Source of the DNA: Puccinia triticina
Taxonomy: Eukaryota
Assembly: GCA_026914245.1 (NCBI GenBank)
Contig: CP110440.1
Location: 1 to 64,000, forward strand
DNA length: 64,000 nucleotides
Direction: 5' to 3'
Part shown: positions 1-12,489 of the stretch, in pieces
Numbering within the stretch: position 1 is the stretch's first letter
Layout: each line of letters starts with the position of its first letter
The notes under the pieces: model-generated
The model's database searches: none
The model's input: the letters and a program-made list of their open reading frames with translations, nothing else
What the model was told of the DNA's origin: nothing
Made by a program: the position numbers and the translations under genes

Positions 1-343
1 ACAACCCTAACCCTAACCCTAACCCTAACCCTAACCCTAACCCTAACCCTAACCCTAACCCTAACCCTAACCCTAACCCTAACCCTAACCCTAACCCTAA
101 CCCTAACCCTAACCCTAACCCTAACCCTAACCCTAACCCTAACCCTAACCCTAACCCTAACCCTAACCCTAACCCTAACCCTAACCCTAACCCTAACCCT
201 AACCCTAACCCTAACCCTAACCCTAACCCTAACCCTAACCCTAACCCTAACCCTAACCCTAACCCTAACCCTAACCCTAACCCTAACCCTAACCCTAACC
301 CTAACCCTAACCCTAACCCTAACCCTAACCCTAACCCTAACCC
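1..343. repeat. Telomeric repeat array (CCCTAA)n, about 57 units
   Basis: Uninterrupted CCCTAA hexamers from the window start to CCC at 341-343. C-rich strand on + marks a left chromosome end. Confidence 0.99.
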
Positions 344-3260
344 ATTGTGTTTCCAGGGCTTTGTTGTACACAAGCACCCAGTCACCTGGCTTGAGGGGCT
401 TCCTTAATCGATGTGCTAGTCTCCTATCCCAATAACAAACCGATGTTTCCCAGGCTTTCTTCATCCTCTGATGAGCTTCCTCCATCATGTCTTCCTTGGC
501 CGCCAACTGTCTTGCCCTTGCTTCCAATAATTCCGCTGTTGTCTGAATTTCCGACCAATTTACCGTGAGAAAGCTTCCTAACTCCTGATCCACTGGCAAG
601 ACAGCCAGTTGACCAAACTGAAGCTCATAAGGTGAATATCCTGTTGTCCTCTTTGTTGAAATCCTATCTGCAAATGCCACCAATGGTAAATACTCCCTCC
701 ATTTCTTTCCATCTTCTCCGCACATCTTGGTCAGAGCATCTTTGATTTCTTTGTGCCCCCTTTCTACCATTCCTTGTGCTTCTGGGTAATATGGTGTCAC
801 CATCAGGAGGTTTGTTCCAACTCGCCGCATTGCTGTTTGAAGTTCTTTCTTGAATTCTGCCCCTCCATCCACCGTAACTTCCTTAGGCACGCCATATCGA
901 TAAATCCATTCCGCCAGAAACCAGTCCGCCACGTTCTTTGAGCTCAACTTCGCCAGTGCCACTGTCTCCACCCATCCTGAGAAATCATCCCTCCCTTGCC
1001 ACCACTAAATATTTCCACTTACCTGCTTTGATATGAACTGCATCCATACTAACCCTCTCAAGCAATGTTGTCTTGTATGTTGCCTTTCTGTCCTCCTTCT
1101 GCAATATTCGACTCCTCTTCTGACAACTCTCACATGACTGAACCCACTTCTTGATGATCTTCTTCATTCCTTCCCACCAGTACCGCAATTTTATTCTTTG
1201 ATAGGTTTCTGTTGCTCCACGATGACCTAACTCCTCATGCATAGCCTTCATTATCTTCTGTTGAGTCAACGGAACAGATACAATTACCTGACTGTATGGT
1301 ACATTTCTCTTCCTTAGTTGTCCGTCCTGTAAAAAATAGTTAGCTGATCTCCTTTTAATTTTCTGGAACTCTGTGTCTGAACAATCTGTTGGCCGCATAA
1401 GTGTCTCCAGATAATCTTTCATTCGTTTCCAGAATCCAACTTGCTGTACTCCTGCTCCCGTAACTTGAGTTTCCACAATTCCAACTGATTTTACTCCCAT
1501 TCCGGGGTAAGGTTTCACCCAGCCGTCTTCCTTGTCCGCGTCCCTTGCCACGTCGTCCTTATCCAATGGTTGTCTTGATAACCCATCCGGCATTCTAAAT
1601 GTCTTTCCGGGCTTATGTACCAATTCAAAAGAAAAGAGCTGAATAAACGCCACCCATCGTGTCATTGGCGCACTTGGCAAACTGGGGGTATGAATCATCT
1701 GTATGAGGGCTTTTGCGTCTACCTGTAATTCAAAATGTTGTCCCCACAATAATATCTGCAGTTTCTTCAGGATCTTCTTAACTCCCAGAAGCTCCAGCTT
1801 TGACTGTGCATATTCTGATTCCTTGTCCGTGAAACTTACTGATTCATACAACACTGGCCTATCTAATCCATCCTTATCTTCCTGCATGAGCACTGCGCCT
1901 GCCGCTAAATAACTTGAGTCTATTGCCAGTTTGATCTTTCCTGCGTCCTCTCCGTAGTCCAGTCCTTTGAATACAATCTCCTCCCCTACAATCCGCTTCA
2001 GTGATTTAAATGCTTCTTCACATTCCTGTGTCCAAATAAATTCTGTATCTATTTGTGTCAGCCGCCGTAATGGTGCTGCTATTGCTGAAAAATCCTTGAT
2101 GAACATCCTGACGTAAACACACAAGCCTAAAAATTGCCTAACATCCTTCTTTGGTGTAAGTGGAGGCCAAGTCTGAACCTTATTTTGTTTCTTTACTGAT
2201 ATAGTCCTCCCCTCCTGTGATACCACATCACCTACAATATCCAAAGCCGGAACACAACAGGCAAACTTCTCTCCTGATACTGTGAGCCCTGCTTCCTCAA
2301 TCCGAAATAAAATCCTTTCCAATGTGATTGCATATTCCCAAATGAATCGTCGAATATTTGGATTCTCATCCAATGTAGCGCCACCATAGTCTGACTTAGG
2401 TCCCTTAATTCCGCCATCATCAATAAATATTCCTACATGTTCTGGCAGTTCCTCTTGAAGTATCCATGTCATCTGCGCCTGATATACCGCCACTGAGTTT
2501 GTTGCACCCTGAGGTAATCTGGTTAGTTGTAACCGCCCCAAAGGTGTTTCAAACGTTGTAAGAGGTCTTGAAGCGGGATCCAGTTCTCTTTTGTCATAAC
2601 TGCCCATGATGTCGCCCAATCCGTAACAAGCTCTTCCTGCAAAAGAATCCACAAATTATTCAATTTTTGGAGGTAATCCTGCGTCTTTAATAGTTACTTT
2701 ATTCAGCTGCTGCAAATCATGTACAATCCGTAACTTACCATTTGATTTTGCCACACAAAAAACTGGACTAGAATAGCTGGAAGTTGATTGCTCGTAGAGT
2801 CCTCTTTGAATCCTCTTCCTTACCAGCTCAATAAAATCGTTTCTTATTGCATTTGGGATGGGGATTGGCCGCTGTTGCCAAGGCTCATGATTGATCACCG
2901 GTATTTTGTAAGGTTGTCCGTATTCATGTCTGAGTATTCCCCGTTCTTCTTCCGTAAAAGCAATAGCCTTCTCCCGCAACACAATCACATACTTCAACAA
3001 TTTTAACTCCTCTTTTCTCAACCAATTGGGAGGTCCAAAGTTTACTGCTTCTAACCTCTTTGCTGTAACTCTTCTTGTTTCTCTAAACTCTGGTGGAAAT
3101 GGCGTGAGAGGTGTCTGATAAGGATCTCGAGATAACTTTGGTCTTTCCAATGGCGGGTTAAGTCCTTGTGGCATAGGCTGATTTACCGGTCAAATCTTCT
3201 TTGCAACCCCCTTGTACTTTGCTGCACACACTATGTTGTCCATCCTGTCTAAACTTTCTG
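344..3260 (-). pseudogene. pol (RT-RNase H-integrase) of Gypsy A
   Basis: ORFs 3174-2656 and 2652-985 contain SSPVFCVAKSNGKLRIVHDL, FIDD RT motif, RNase H DSS..AGAVL, HHCC (H.ELGH...C..C) and MDAVH. The integrase core continues to 344. In-frame stops and frameshifts present. Confidence 0.93.
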
Positions 3261-4295
3261 CTGAAATTGTCAATTTAACTGTTCAGTAACTGGTTCTGCT
3301 GCTGTAAAAGTAACGGTTAGTTATGGCTGTTTGAGTTAATTTTGTTCACTTGAGCACATAGTCTTTCTTAAATTCTGTTGTTCTTATTCATGAGTTGGTT
3401 TGGTTTGAACTTGCCCACCCCTGCCCTCAGCTAACAAACTTAATTGCTGCCTACACACAAATGTAATTTTTTTAATTTTATTTCAATTTTTACTCAGCTT
3501 TATTTATTTATTTCTCTCTCTTTCCAATCTCATTCTTCTCCTGATTTTGTTAACCAGGAAAAATAGAATAACTTACCAGCTAGAACGCGCAAAACAAAAA
3601 AAGTTTCCTTGTTGATTTTCTTGCCATGTAGCCACAACACCATGGGTGCGGTCCCTTATGTTAGAATCTACTGCGCTTTGCTCGCGCTCGCGCGGGTCGG
3701 AGTGCTACAAGGTCGTCCCCAAGTCGTAGAGACCTTCCTAAAATCCGCTCCGCGCTCCGTAACTTGCCAATAAGACAGCTCGATCCGATCCGTCCTCGCG
3801 CGCCTCTGCACCCCATATTGGTTTGAGTGAATAGAAACCTTATTCCCTTCATATAAACACATACGTCGATCCCATGAACAGCGGCAGACCTTGGCTCTTA
3901 TCCATGCGGCCGCTACTCTCTACCTCCATTCCGCCAACCAGATCTAATGAAGCAGTTCAAGCTCTTCACCTTTGCGGCAGAAGAAGGTGAGTGACCTTAA
4001 TTGCAAAGACCATTATCAATAGGCTGACAACGCTTGGTACAGCGCCGTCAGCTACGCTGCCATATCCACATGTTTCTCTCCAGTTTCGCCGATTGGGTTT
4101 GCACAACATTTTTGGGATCAAGGTGCGTTCCCAGTTCCTCCCTCCCTCCTTTGTTCCCTCTCCAGCTTTCACTACCAACAAAGAGATTAGAGCACCATCT
4201 TACAGCCAATTCTACTGTTTTCTGGCTTTATTTTTGAGACTAATATTGCTTTCTGTCTTGACTTGTTAGAGAAATACCATACCACCTTGTTTAGA

Positions 4296-5057
4296 ATGTC
4301 TTCTCACGAGTCCACCGGCGTTGTTGTTGCCCCAGAGGCCCCGCGCAATACTGCTTCCTCTCCTGTGACTGAAAGGGTACGCCCTTGCTCAAGCTATCTC
4401 CTCAATACCTGCCTCCTAACATAGTACACCCCCATCTCATTTTAGGCCCCGACAACGGCGCGTCCGTTGTTTATCAAACCTCTTGAAGAAGAAGGTACTC
4501 CAGATGAGGCACCTCCTCCTTATATTGCTACTGCTCGCTTCTCCACCGCCGCTGGCGGCTATCTTCAGAACGCTCGTGCTCCTGCGTTCACGGTTGGGTC
4601 TCCTCCTATACTTGCAAACCTTTGCACGCCCTCGCCAATCCACTCCCCTCGATGGGCACAAGCTGCTCCGTTTGTCCTTCAATCGCCTCCACCTGCCCTT
4701 CGTCACCGCTGGGCTCCAGAGTCTCCAACTCCCGTAGGCCCAGAGCGCCCGAATTGCCGCCAACGCTATTCCCCACTTTCCCCTCCTCCAACGTCTTCGT
4801 CGCCTCCAACTGAAATGCCTCCTACCCCTCCATCTCCTCCTGACATGCCGTCGACCCCTCGTCCTCGAGCCGCGCAGATTGCTGAAGTGTACACTAATGG
4901 ACACTTCAGCTCTGCTTTCCTAGCCGCGCAGTTCTACAATCTTCTAGTGTCTCTTTGGGCCATGTTGGCCAGATTTCCCGCCAATCACCATAACCTTCTC
5001 CGCTTAGACGCCGACTTACTTGAAGGTTGGTTCATTGCCCATAGCGCTAATTTGTGA
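4296..5057 (+). CDS. Putative spliced Pro/Ser-rich protein, antisense within Gypsy A
   Basis: ATG 4296, 27 codons, intron 4377-4445 (GTACGC...CTAAC...TTTAG), joins in frame to ORF 4467-5057. A second possible donor GTGAGC is at 5054. Confidence 0.45.
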
Positions 5058-5383
5058 GCATTACTTCCTACTTTTCTCCTCCCATCCACACTCCTGACTA
5101 TAAACTGATACAAGCACAGTCCCGAACGCTCCTTCTTCCCATAGGTTGGTGTTACTCAACGACCCCAATTCCCAAGCGCGATTAGTGTTTCGCACCCTTT
5201 GCGCAGCTATCCTTTGCTTCAAATACATAAATACTCGTACCGTTCCTGGCTATGACCCTACCAACCCTCGACTCTGACCATTCTCCCTTCCTCTTTTCAT
5301 CCAAGGCCACTGATATTTCAGCCCAACTCCCAAGACCTCCTCTTATCTAAAAATACAAAAACAAAGCTGCTCCCTTCCTGTCC

Positions 5384-5600
5384 TGTTAGCTTCTAAAGAT
5401 AAAAAAAAAAGAAAAAAAAAGTCTCCTTCCAATCTTGTTAGCCTTAAAAACAAACATGTCTCCTTCCAATCCTGTCAGCTCTGGAAATAAAATAACGTGT
5501 CTGCTTCCCATCTTGTTAGCTCTAGAAACATGTCTCCTTCCAATCCTGTTAGCTCTAAAGATAAAGACAAAGGGTCTCCTTCCTATTCTGTTAGCTTTAT
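5384..5600. repeat. About 40-bp degenerate tandem repeat inside Gypsy A
   Basis: Five to six copies of GTCTCCTTCCAATCCTGTTAGCTCT-like units separated by A-rich linkers. Confidence 0.75.
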
Positions 5601-5806
5601 ACTTTTCATAGAAATAAAATAAAATAAGACAAACCTGCCCCCCCCCCCTGAGAGTAATGAGCCCCAACTGGCAGTGGAAAACTGAAACCTAAAAACACAT
5701 GACCAATCCCCGCAAGGTGGAGTGCCAAGAAGATTGAAGCTATCAAGTAAATTTCTTCCAGAATCTATCCTATATACACCAATCCCCAATCTGCTATGTG
5801 TGGGGG

Positions 5807-8800
5807 CTATTCTGCAATTGCAGAATACTCCCAATCTGCCCAGAAGGTTCTGAAGTCCATACCAAGTTGATCTTGTTTGTCCCGTAGCGCCCATTTGAAT
5901 AGATTCCAGCTGAATCTCCCAAACAACAGCACCATCTTTGCGCATACACGTCTCAAGAACTCCTCCTCCTCCCCCCTCTGATCGTGCAAATCATACCGCA
6001 TCTCCAGTTCTGCTGTATCAATAATTCCTTGAGTGCTGCCAACGTACATTCCAAACCGTTCCGTAGATGCAATCCACCATATTTCCGGCCAAATGGTGTC
6101 ATTTTGAAGATATCCCATGGTCCCGTCGTAATTTAGCAACATCATAAATCCTATTCGTCCAACGGGGTGCCCAGGGAGCTCTTTCCAAACCCCTTCAGTT
6201 GTGCAACCATAATTTTCTGGATAAATGCGCAGGAATTCTTTTACTGGATACCCCTCATCAATATAATCAGCACTTATTGGAAACAGCTTTGGTTCTGGAG
6301 TAGTATGAGTGCCCATCCACAACGGTAGTTGTTCCCACTCTGTATGCCAATCTTTCCTCATTTCAGACGAAGGATGTGACTGCCATTCTTGCTTTAAAGG
6401 CACATGCTTGGTTTTATGGAGGTCAGTTGTGTCTGAAGAATGATCTTGTATTCCCCTTTCCTCATCATCTTTACCAGTTTCCTTCAACACAAATCCCGTA
6501 CAATTTGACAGAGTATCTGAAGGGGTGTTCAACGGCCCATATACCGGTCTACTCTCTTCTGTGAACCCGGTGCTGTTATATAATTTGTTATTTGAGCCGG
6601 CATCTGTTCCAGTATCCATCCCGCTGGCTGTTCCACCGTCCGTTCCTTCATTGCAACCCCTATCCGCTCTACTATTTGACCCACTATCCGTACCAATATC
6701 CTCTCCGCTGCTTGACCCCCTATCTGTACCAATATCCGCTCCGCTGCCCACTCCATCATTTGCTGTCTCCTTAAGCTGATATTCACTCACCTGAATGCTA
6801 TGGGAACACTTACTGGCAATCCTTCGAGGGGGTGCCATTTCCCATCCTGGAACTTCTGGAGCGCATATTGGTATACATAACCTTTCTCCATCCCATAGCT
6901 TGTAACTCAAAATTTCTCCTCGTGCTTTGGACAACTCCAGGCGTACTTTGTGATCCGCCAAAAATGGTCTTCCCAACACTGTATATACCTTCCCTCTCAC
7001 AATAAAGAAATTGGCTGCTTTGTTGTCCTCTGTGTCTATATGGAATGGGATGGCCTCTGCTAATCCCACAATGGGTGAAGAGTGGCCACCAATACCCGTA
7101 ATATTCATACTGATTTCCCTAGTAGGTAATTGCAATTGCAGAGCCACAGTTTCTGGCATGATGTTCAGTTCTGCGCCACTATCAACTAATGCCTTGATCT
7201 TTTGTCCGTTAATAGTTATATTCACAAATCCCAATGGGCATGCATATGTCAGCGGTGCTATGGTATTCAGTCGTCGGCCACTACAATCAAATTCTTCCTC
7301 AAAGTTGGTAATTTGGTTACATATTCCGGAGTTTTGTTGACGATCTGCCATCTTGACCTCAGCCGAAGGTAAATTATGTAAGTCTTGAAGGAATTTTGGT
7401 GCAATAAGCAGGAGTTCTTCCAGGGTGAGTGTGAAGCTTTGTTTCAATATCTTCTTTATCAGCCCCCCCCCCCCCCCAACTTTGGCTCTGTCCACTGTTG
7501 TCTCCAATGACTCCTTTGCTGACTCCTCTGTATCCTTCCTTTCGTCGTCCTTTGCAGGTACCCGCTCCCGTTCCTGAATCTCCTCGCCTTCACTGCTTCC
7601 GTCATCAGATGTTCCCTCCACCCATGCTCCCGAATAGCTTGATCTCCTCTTCTTTATCACCGGGGGTTTCTTTTTGGCCTCTTGATTGGGTGCTGGTGCA
7701 TTATGTGTGCTCTCCTTAGGCTTCTCCACCTTATCTGGTTTAGATTGCACTGGCTGACTGTCTTTTTCCTTCTCCTTATCCGCATGTCTCAGAGATCGCC
7801 GTAAGCCAAATCCAACCTGGATATCCTCATCTTCCTCCCCGTAGTGCATCTCCGGTGGACTCCACATCTCCCATCAGTTAGTCAAAATCATGGTTGCTGT
7901 TGGCTCATGCGATTTCTCCACTCCCGTATTTCCTGCCGCCCTATTAGCTCGTATTTCCGCTCCTTCCCTGCTTAACTCAACCCGCTCCGCATACCTCCGT
8001 ACCAGTTCACGGATAGAGTCGCCTGTGTCAGACGGAATTGGTTCCTTGTTGGGATAGTAATAGTTTGGTCCCGACTTGAAAACTGCCCGCTTGGTTATAT
8101 CTTCATTCAGATGTGAACAAAACATAACTGTATGATCCATCTCCTTACAATAGAAACACTGAATTGGTGGCCGTGGGAACAGTGGTCCTCCTGGTCCTAC
8201 TGGTCTAAATCCTGCTGCTGGCGGTCTTGTTCCTGCTAAATGAGGCGGAAAGGGTCCAGAATTTGGGTTAGTATTCAAGTTAGTATTTAAGTCAGTACGT
8301 AATTTCTTAATTTCTTCTTCTAATGCCTTTACCTTATCATTCCCCTCCTCTGGCTGGGGTTTTGCTTGAACTTCCTTGTTGGTTTCTGGATCCTTGCTGA
8401 CATTCTTACCTTTTGTAGTACCCACATCCATATCCAATACCGCCAATGATGCCTCCACATATTCCTTCAACTGTTCCAGCTTAGGTACCAGTGCCTTTCC
8501 GTCCTTGGTCTTGCGTAATTTCTTATTATGCGCCATATCACGTGCCACGTCTTGCCGTATCTCCGTTGAAATTGCCTTCCAAAGTGGTTCCCCACTCTCC
8601 GTGTTAATGTCCTTGTATCCCATCTTCTTCAAGTATGCCAGTACTTCCTCAAGATCACCTATAAATGACCGGTACTCCTCCTTTGTTTGGATGCCACCCT
8701 TGTCTGCATACTTATCAACCAAGCTGCCTATTGAGCCCTCATTGAATCGCCTTTTTGGTGTTGCCCTTCCCCATTTTTGAATGAGTTCCGTCTTCAGCAG

Positions 8801-9514
8801 CTCCCAATCCCGGTTCTCATGGCCCTCCATGTTCTCAATACATTCGCTAATCTTCCGTTCCTTTACCAGGAATGGCAATTGTAAGGCCACATCTTGCCCA
8901 CCAGCTTTTTGCATTGAAGCTATCTTTTCCACACGCTGAATGAACAACTCCACTTCAGTCCCATCAAAATGTAAGTTCATCCTCTTGGTATCTAGTAAAA
9001 CACCCTTTTCCTGGTCCACTAACTTGATCTCTGCTTGTGATCTGAACTGACTAGAGTTTGGTGATGATCCAGGTGTTTCCCCCACGCTATCCGTAATTCC
9101 TTGAATAGTTGTGTCCATACCCACTGGTCTTGGTGTGAACGGAGTTGAAGTTTCAAATTGAGGTGAGGGTCCTTGTTGAACTGGGGTTTCTGGTATAGGT
9201 ATATTCTGTGGTGCCTTCTGCTGGTCAAAAAAAGCTGCCATCCTTTCCTCCATCCTTTTCAAAGCTGCTCACTGTTCTTGAATAATTGCTGACTGCTCTT
9301 GAATAATAGCTGACTGGTCTTGAAATATAGCTGTCTGATCGTGAATTGGTGGATCCATGATGGGTAATCGCTGATATCCAATCAGTTGCTCTTCCAAATC
9401 TTCTGTCTTCTTCCTGGTGACTTGATCACAGTATTCACTCAGAAATTCTCTCTCTTGCTCGGTCAAATCCCCGTACTCCCACTCCCTGATGTTGTAATCC
9501 AGACTTAGATCCAA
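5807..9514 (-). pseudogene. gag-protease of Gypsy A with long C-terminal extension
   Basis: ORFs 9514-9269, 9262-7874 and 7867-5807 share one frame, split by single TGA stops. They contain FDGTEVELFI, knuckle CFYCKEMDHTVMFC and protease LVDSGAELN...VLGRPFL. Confidence 0.9.
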
Positions 9515-9584
9515 ATCCCGCCACGTACGCCAAATCCTATCCCTTCCGTCACTTGCTGATGATATCCTATCCTCGCCCTGTTGG

Positions 9585-9830
9585 CCAAAATCCTATCCTT
9601 GTCCTGCAAAAGCCTATCCTTGTCGTCCAAAATCCTAGCCTCTTTGTCCAAAATCCTATCCTCGTCGTCCAAAATCCTATCCTTGTCGTCCAAACTCCTA
9701 TCCTCGTCGTCCAAAAATCCTAGCCTCTTTGTTCAAAATCCTATCCTCGTCGTCCAAAATCCTATCCTCGTCGTCCAAACTCCTATCCTCGTTGTCCAAA
9801 AATCCTAGCCTCTTTGTTCAAAATCCTATC
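9585..9830. repeat. 21-bp tandem repeat at the 5' end of gag
   Basis: Repeated CCAAAATCCTATCCTCGTCGT variants, reading DDEDRIL on the minus strand. Confidence 0.85.
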
Positions 9831-9961
9831 AACTCCGTCCCGTCTATGATCCACGCCGCCACTATTTTCCACGATTGGTTGAAGTTACTGATGATCCGCT
9901 TAAATTGGTTGATGACTTGATGATCTTGCTGAAGGTAATCGGCCACTGTTGGGACACCAGA

Positions 9962-11252
9962 TGTAGGACTCATGTGGGACACTAAATATAATTTGGTGAA
10001 ATATCCGCTGAGGGGTAAAATAAATTGCTTAATAGGTTGAAAGGCTATTACAACTTACGGGTGGTTTGAAAGACCTGCCCCTCTAATAATACTATGCAAA
10101 TATCTAAGAGTCTTGTAATCAATATTTATAAAGATATGGCTGATTCCAAGATAGATCTTACTTTCATATAGTAATCTCTATCAGACCTAGATCACTTGAT
10201 TCAACAGGCTAGCAAATCTGTTATAACTTCTTCACACACAGGCAATATACTTACTTTGTTATACTCGTACTACACGTTACTAATATGCTGCTTAACTCGA
10301 ATTTGTTGTTGTGTTATGATTGGTTCTACTACTGCCGACACACTTATACCACTACTAAACTTCTACGGTACTTGTACTAATCACTAATACTGCTAATAAC
10401 CACTGCTGACTAAACTAACTAACCACTTGTGACCAAACCTCTGTAGGCTGATCGCAGCACTAACTAACTACCGTAACTAACTAACCACTGTGACCAAACC
10501 TCTGTAGGCTGATGGGGAAAAGTCTGATGAGGGGAGAAAGGGCCTCCTTATATATTGAAGGGTGAGGGATTTTTGCTCCAGGGAAGCTCCTCATGAGGGA
10601 TTATTGCTGCAGGGGATCTCAACTACACAGCCTCTCATGCATGTACTGCGCTGCATGTACAAACAACGAGGGGTTTATGCTGCAGGAGACACTCAACTAC
10701 ACAGCATCTGCATGCGTGTGCTTCACTGCCTTACAAACAATGAGGGATTTATGCTGCAGGAGACGCCTCCTGTACATCTTATCTACCTGCATATGATGTG
10801 CTTCATGTACAAACAATGAGATATTTATGCTGCAGGAGACACTTCCTGTACAGCTTATCTGCCTGCATATGCTGTGCTACATGTACAAACAATGAGGGAT
10901 TTATGCTGCGGGAGACACTTCCTGTACAGCCTATCTACCTGCATATGCTGTACTATACGTACAAACAATGAGGGATATATGCTGCCTGAGGCGCTCAAGC
11001 TACACAGCACTTTCATGCATGTACTGTGCTACATGATGTCATGTGTTGCTATGCAACCAAGCCACCTTCCATCCTCTTCCACACACTCTGCATCCACTGT
11101 CTAACCTGTTCCATCCCCAATGTTGGGGGTCAAGGCCTCTCCTCCCATCTTGCTCCTTCTTCCCTTCTTCCCCCGCACTGTATTACACACTCCCTCTACT
11201 ATAATACCTCTGCAATGTGCTTTTGGCATTGTCACGCATATGGAACACCACA
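9962..11252 (-). repeat. 5' LTR of Gypsy A (1291 bp) with internal ~76-bp tandem repeats
   Basis: TG...CA termini. Both ends align with the solo LTR at 29716-30791. Repeats AAACAATGAGGGATTTATGCTGC at about 10660-10990. Confidence 0.85.
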
Positions 11253-12489
11253 CCGGTCAGAGCCAGTCACCAAGGTGTATCATGCCTTGATGACCGGCCA
11301 TCTGACCAGTCATTAAGATATGACATACCTCATCAAGGGACATACACATGTACCTCGGTGAGCTGGCGGTACGCACCCTCCAGCTGGTCATCAAGCTGTG
11401 CAAAAGGTGACCAGCCAGATGAACAGTCTAGTGATTTGGATTATAGACTTTTACCCCGGTGATATCCGCCCATGACATTTCAGGGGGCCGCACGAGGTTT
11501 CCGGGGGCCGCGCAAGTTTTGCTGGAAAACCACTGGGTGTGGCTGCGGAGGAAACCACACCCGTTTGCGGGTGGTGCAAGTTGGTAAGGGGTTGGTTAGG
11601 TGCCTTCCTGCTTTTGTGTATGTTGCGTGTTCGACTCCCACCCCGGGAGGGGGTAGCCAGTCCCCCATGCGGCTGTATGTGCACCAACACATGTATGAAA
11701 TGGGGTTTTTTGACGTTACGGATATCGTAATGCCCCAAAATTACGTTAACCACGCCTGATTCACGGAAAAGTTATGTTAACAGGACTGTAAAAAAAGTAC
11801 CACAGCTGTGGGTTACGTTACATTACAAAACAGTAAAAAATAACATACGTTATCCTGGAGGGCAGATATGGATAACTAAAAATAGTTACAGTATCCAAAA
11901 TTGACCCCGTAACGTACCGTAACGTATCTGCCCACTGCTGCTCCAGAGATCAATCAACTTAGATGCATACAAAGGTTCAAATTATGTCACTCATGTAATT
12001 CTGAAACACAGTATTGTGTCAATAGCCTGTCAATGTCAGTGAGGCTATAACCCAAGCATATTTTGTGACTGCTTGTGCTTTCCCAGTTGTGTCCATGATC
12101 TTTCAGTTCTTCCCACATCATTCCTTATCCTAACTGAGAGTATCGAATGCGCAGATCATATTTCAGCAAAAGCCAGCGGCTATCATTAAATATTTGAGTC
12201 GGTATTTGTACACTACAGTGAACAGATCTACGAGAAAAAATAGTATATGCAAAAAAGTTTTAAAATAGATTGTGGCAGACTTCGGCAAAGCGTATTAATA
12301 CAACCATCATGCATTCCTATATGTAGCTTCTCAAGTGTACGAACATTCAAGCAGGCGGTCGGCGATTGGTGATGAGAGGACTCGTGGATCGTGATTGGCT
12401 GTAAGTGACCATCCAAGTAATGGTATGAGCAAGTATCACAAATGCAAAGGCCCTGGACATCAATTGGACGGGCAAAAGCAAAATTGTAT

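Larger units (their letters stand above)
344..11252 (-). mobile_element. Gypsy/Ty3 LTR retrotransposon A, decayed, 3' end truncated by the telomere
   Basis: Minus strand order is 5' LTR (11252-9962), TGG PBS-like site, gag, aspartic protease, RT, RNase H, integrase. Integrase is cut at ...YNKALETQWG. No PPT or 3' LTR. Confidence 0.93.

Noticed and set aside
9945..9960. Specific tRNA assignment for the Gypsy A PBS (TGGTGTCCCAACAG)
   Set aside because: Only loosely Lys-like and cannot be assigned without the host tRNA set.
344..11252. Dedicated telomere-maintaining retroelement (HeT-A/MoTeR/TRAS-like)
   Set aside because: It is an LTR element cut mid-integrase, with no telomeric repeats on its proximal side and only one copy.
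11481..11937. Possible hAT MITE (CAGGGGGC...GCCCACTG, GTTACG motifs)
   Set aside because: TIR match is short and no 8-bp TSD was found. Probably a TE remnant, but boundaries cannot be supported.
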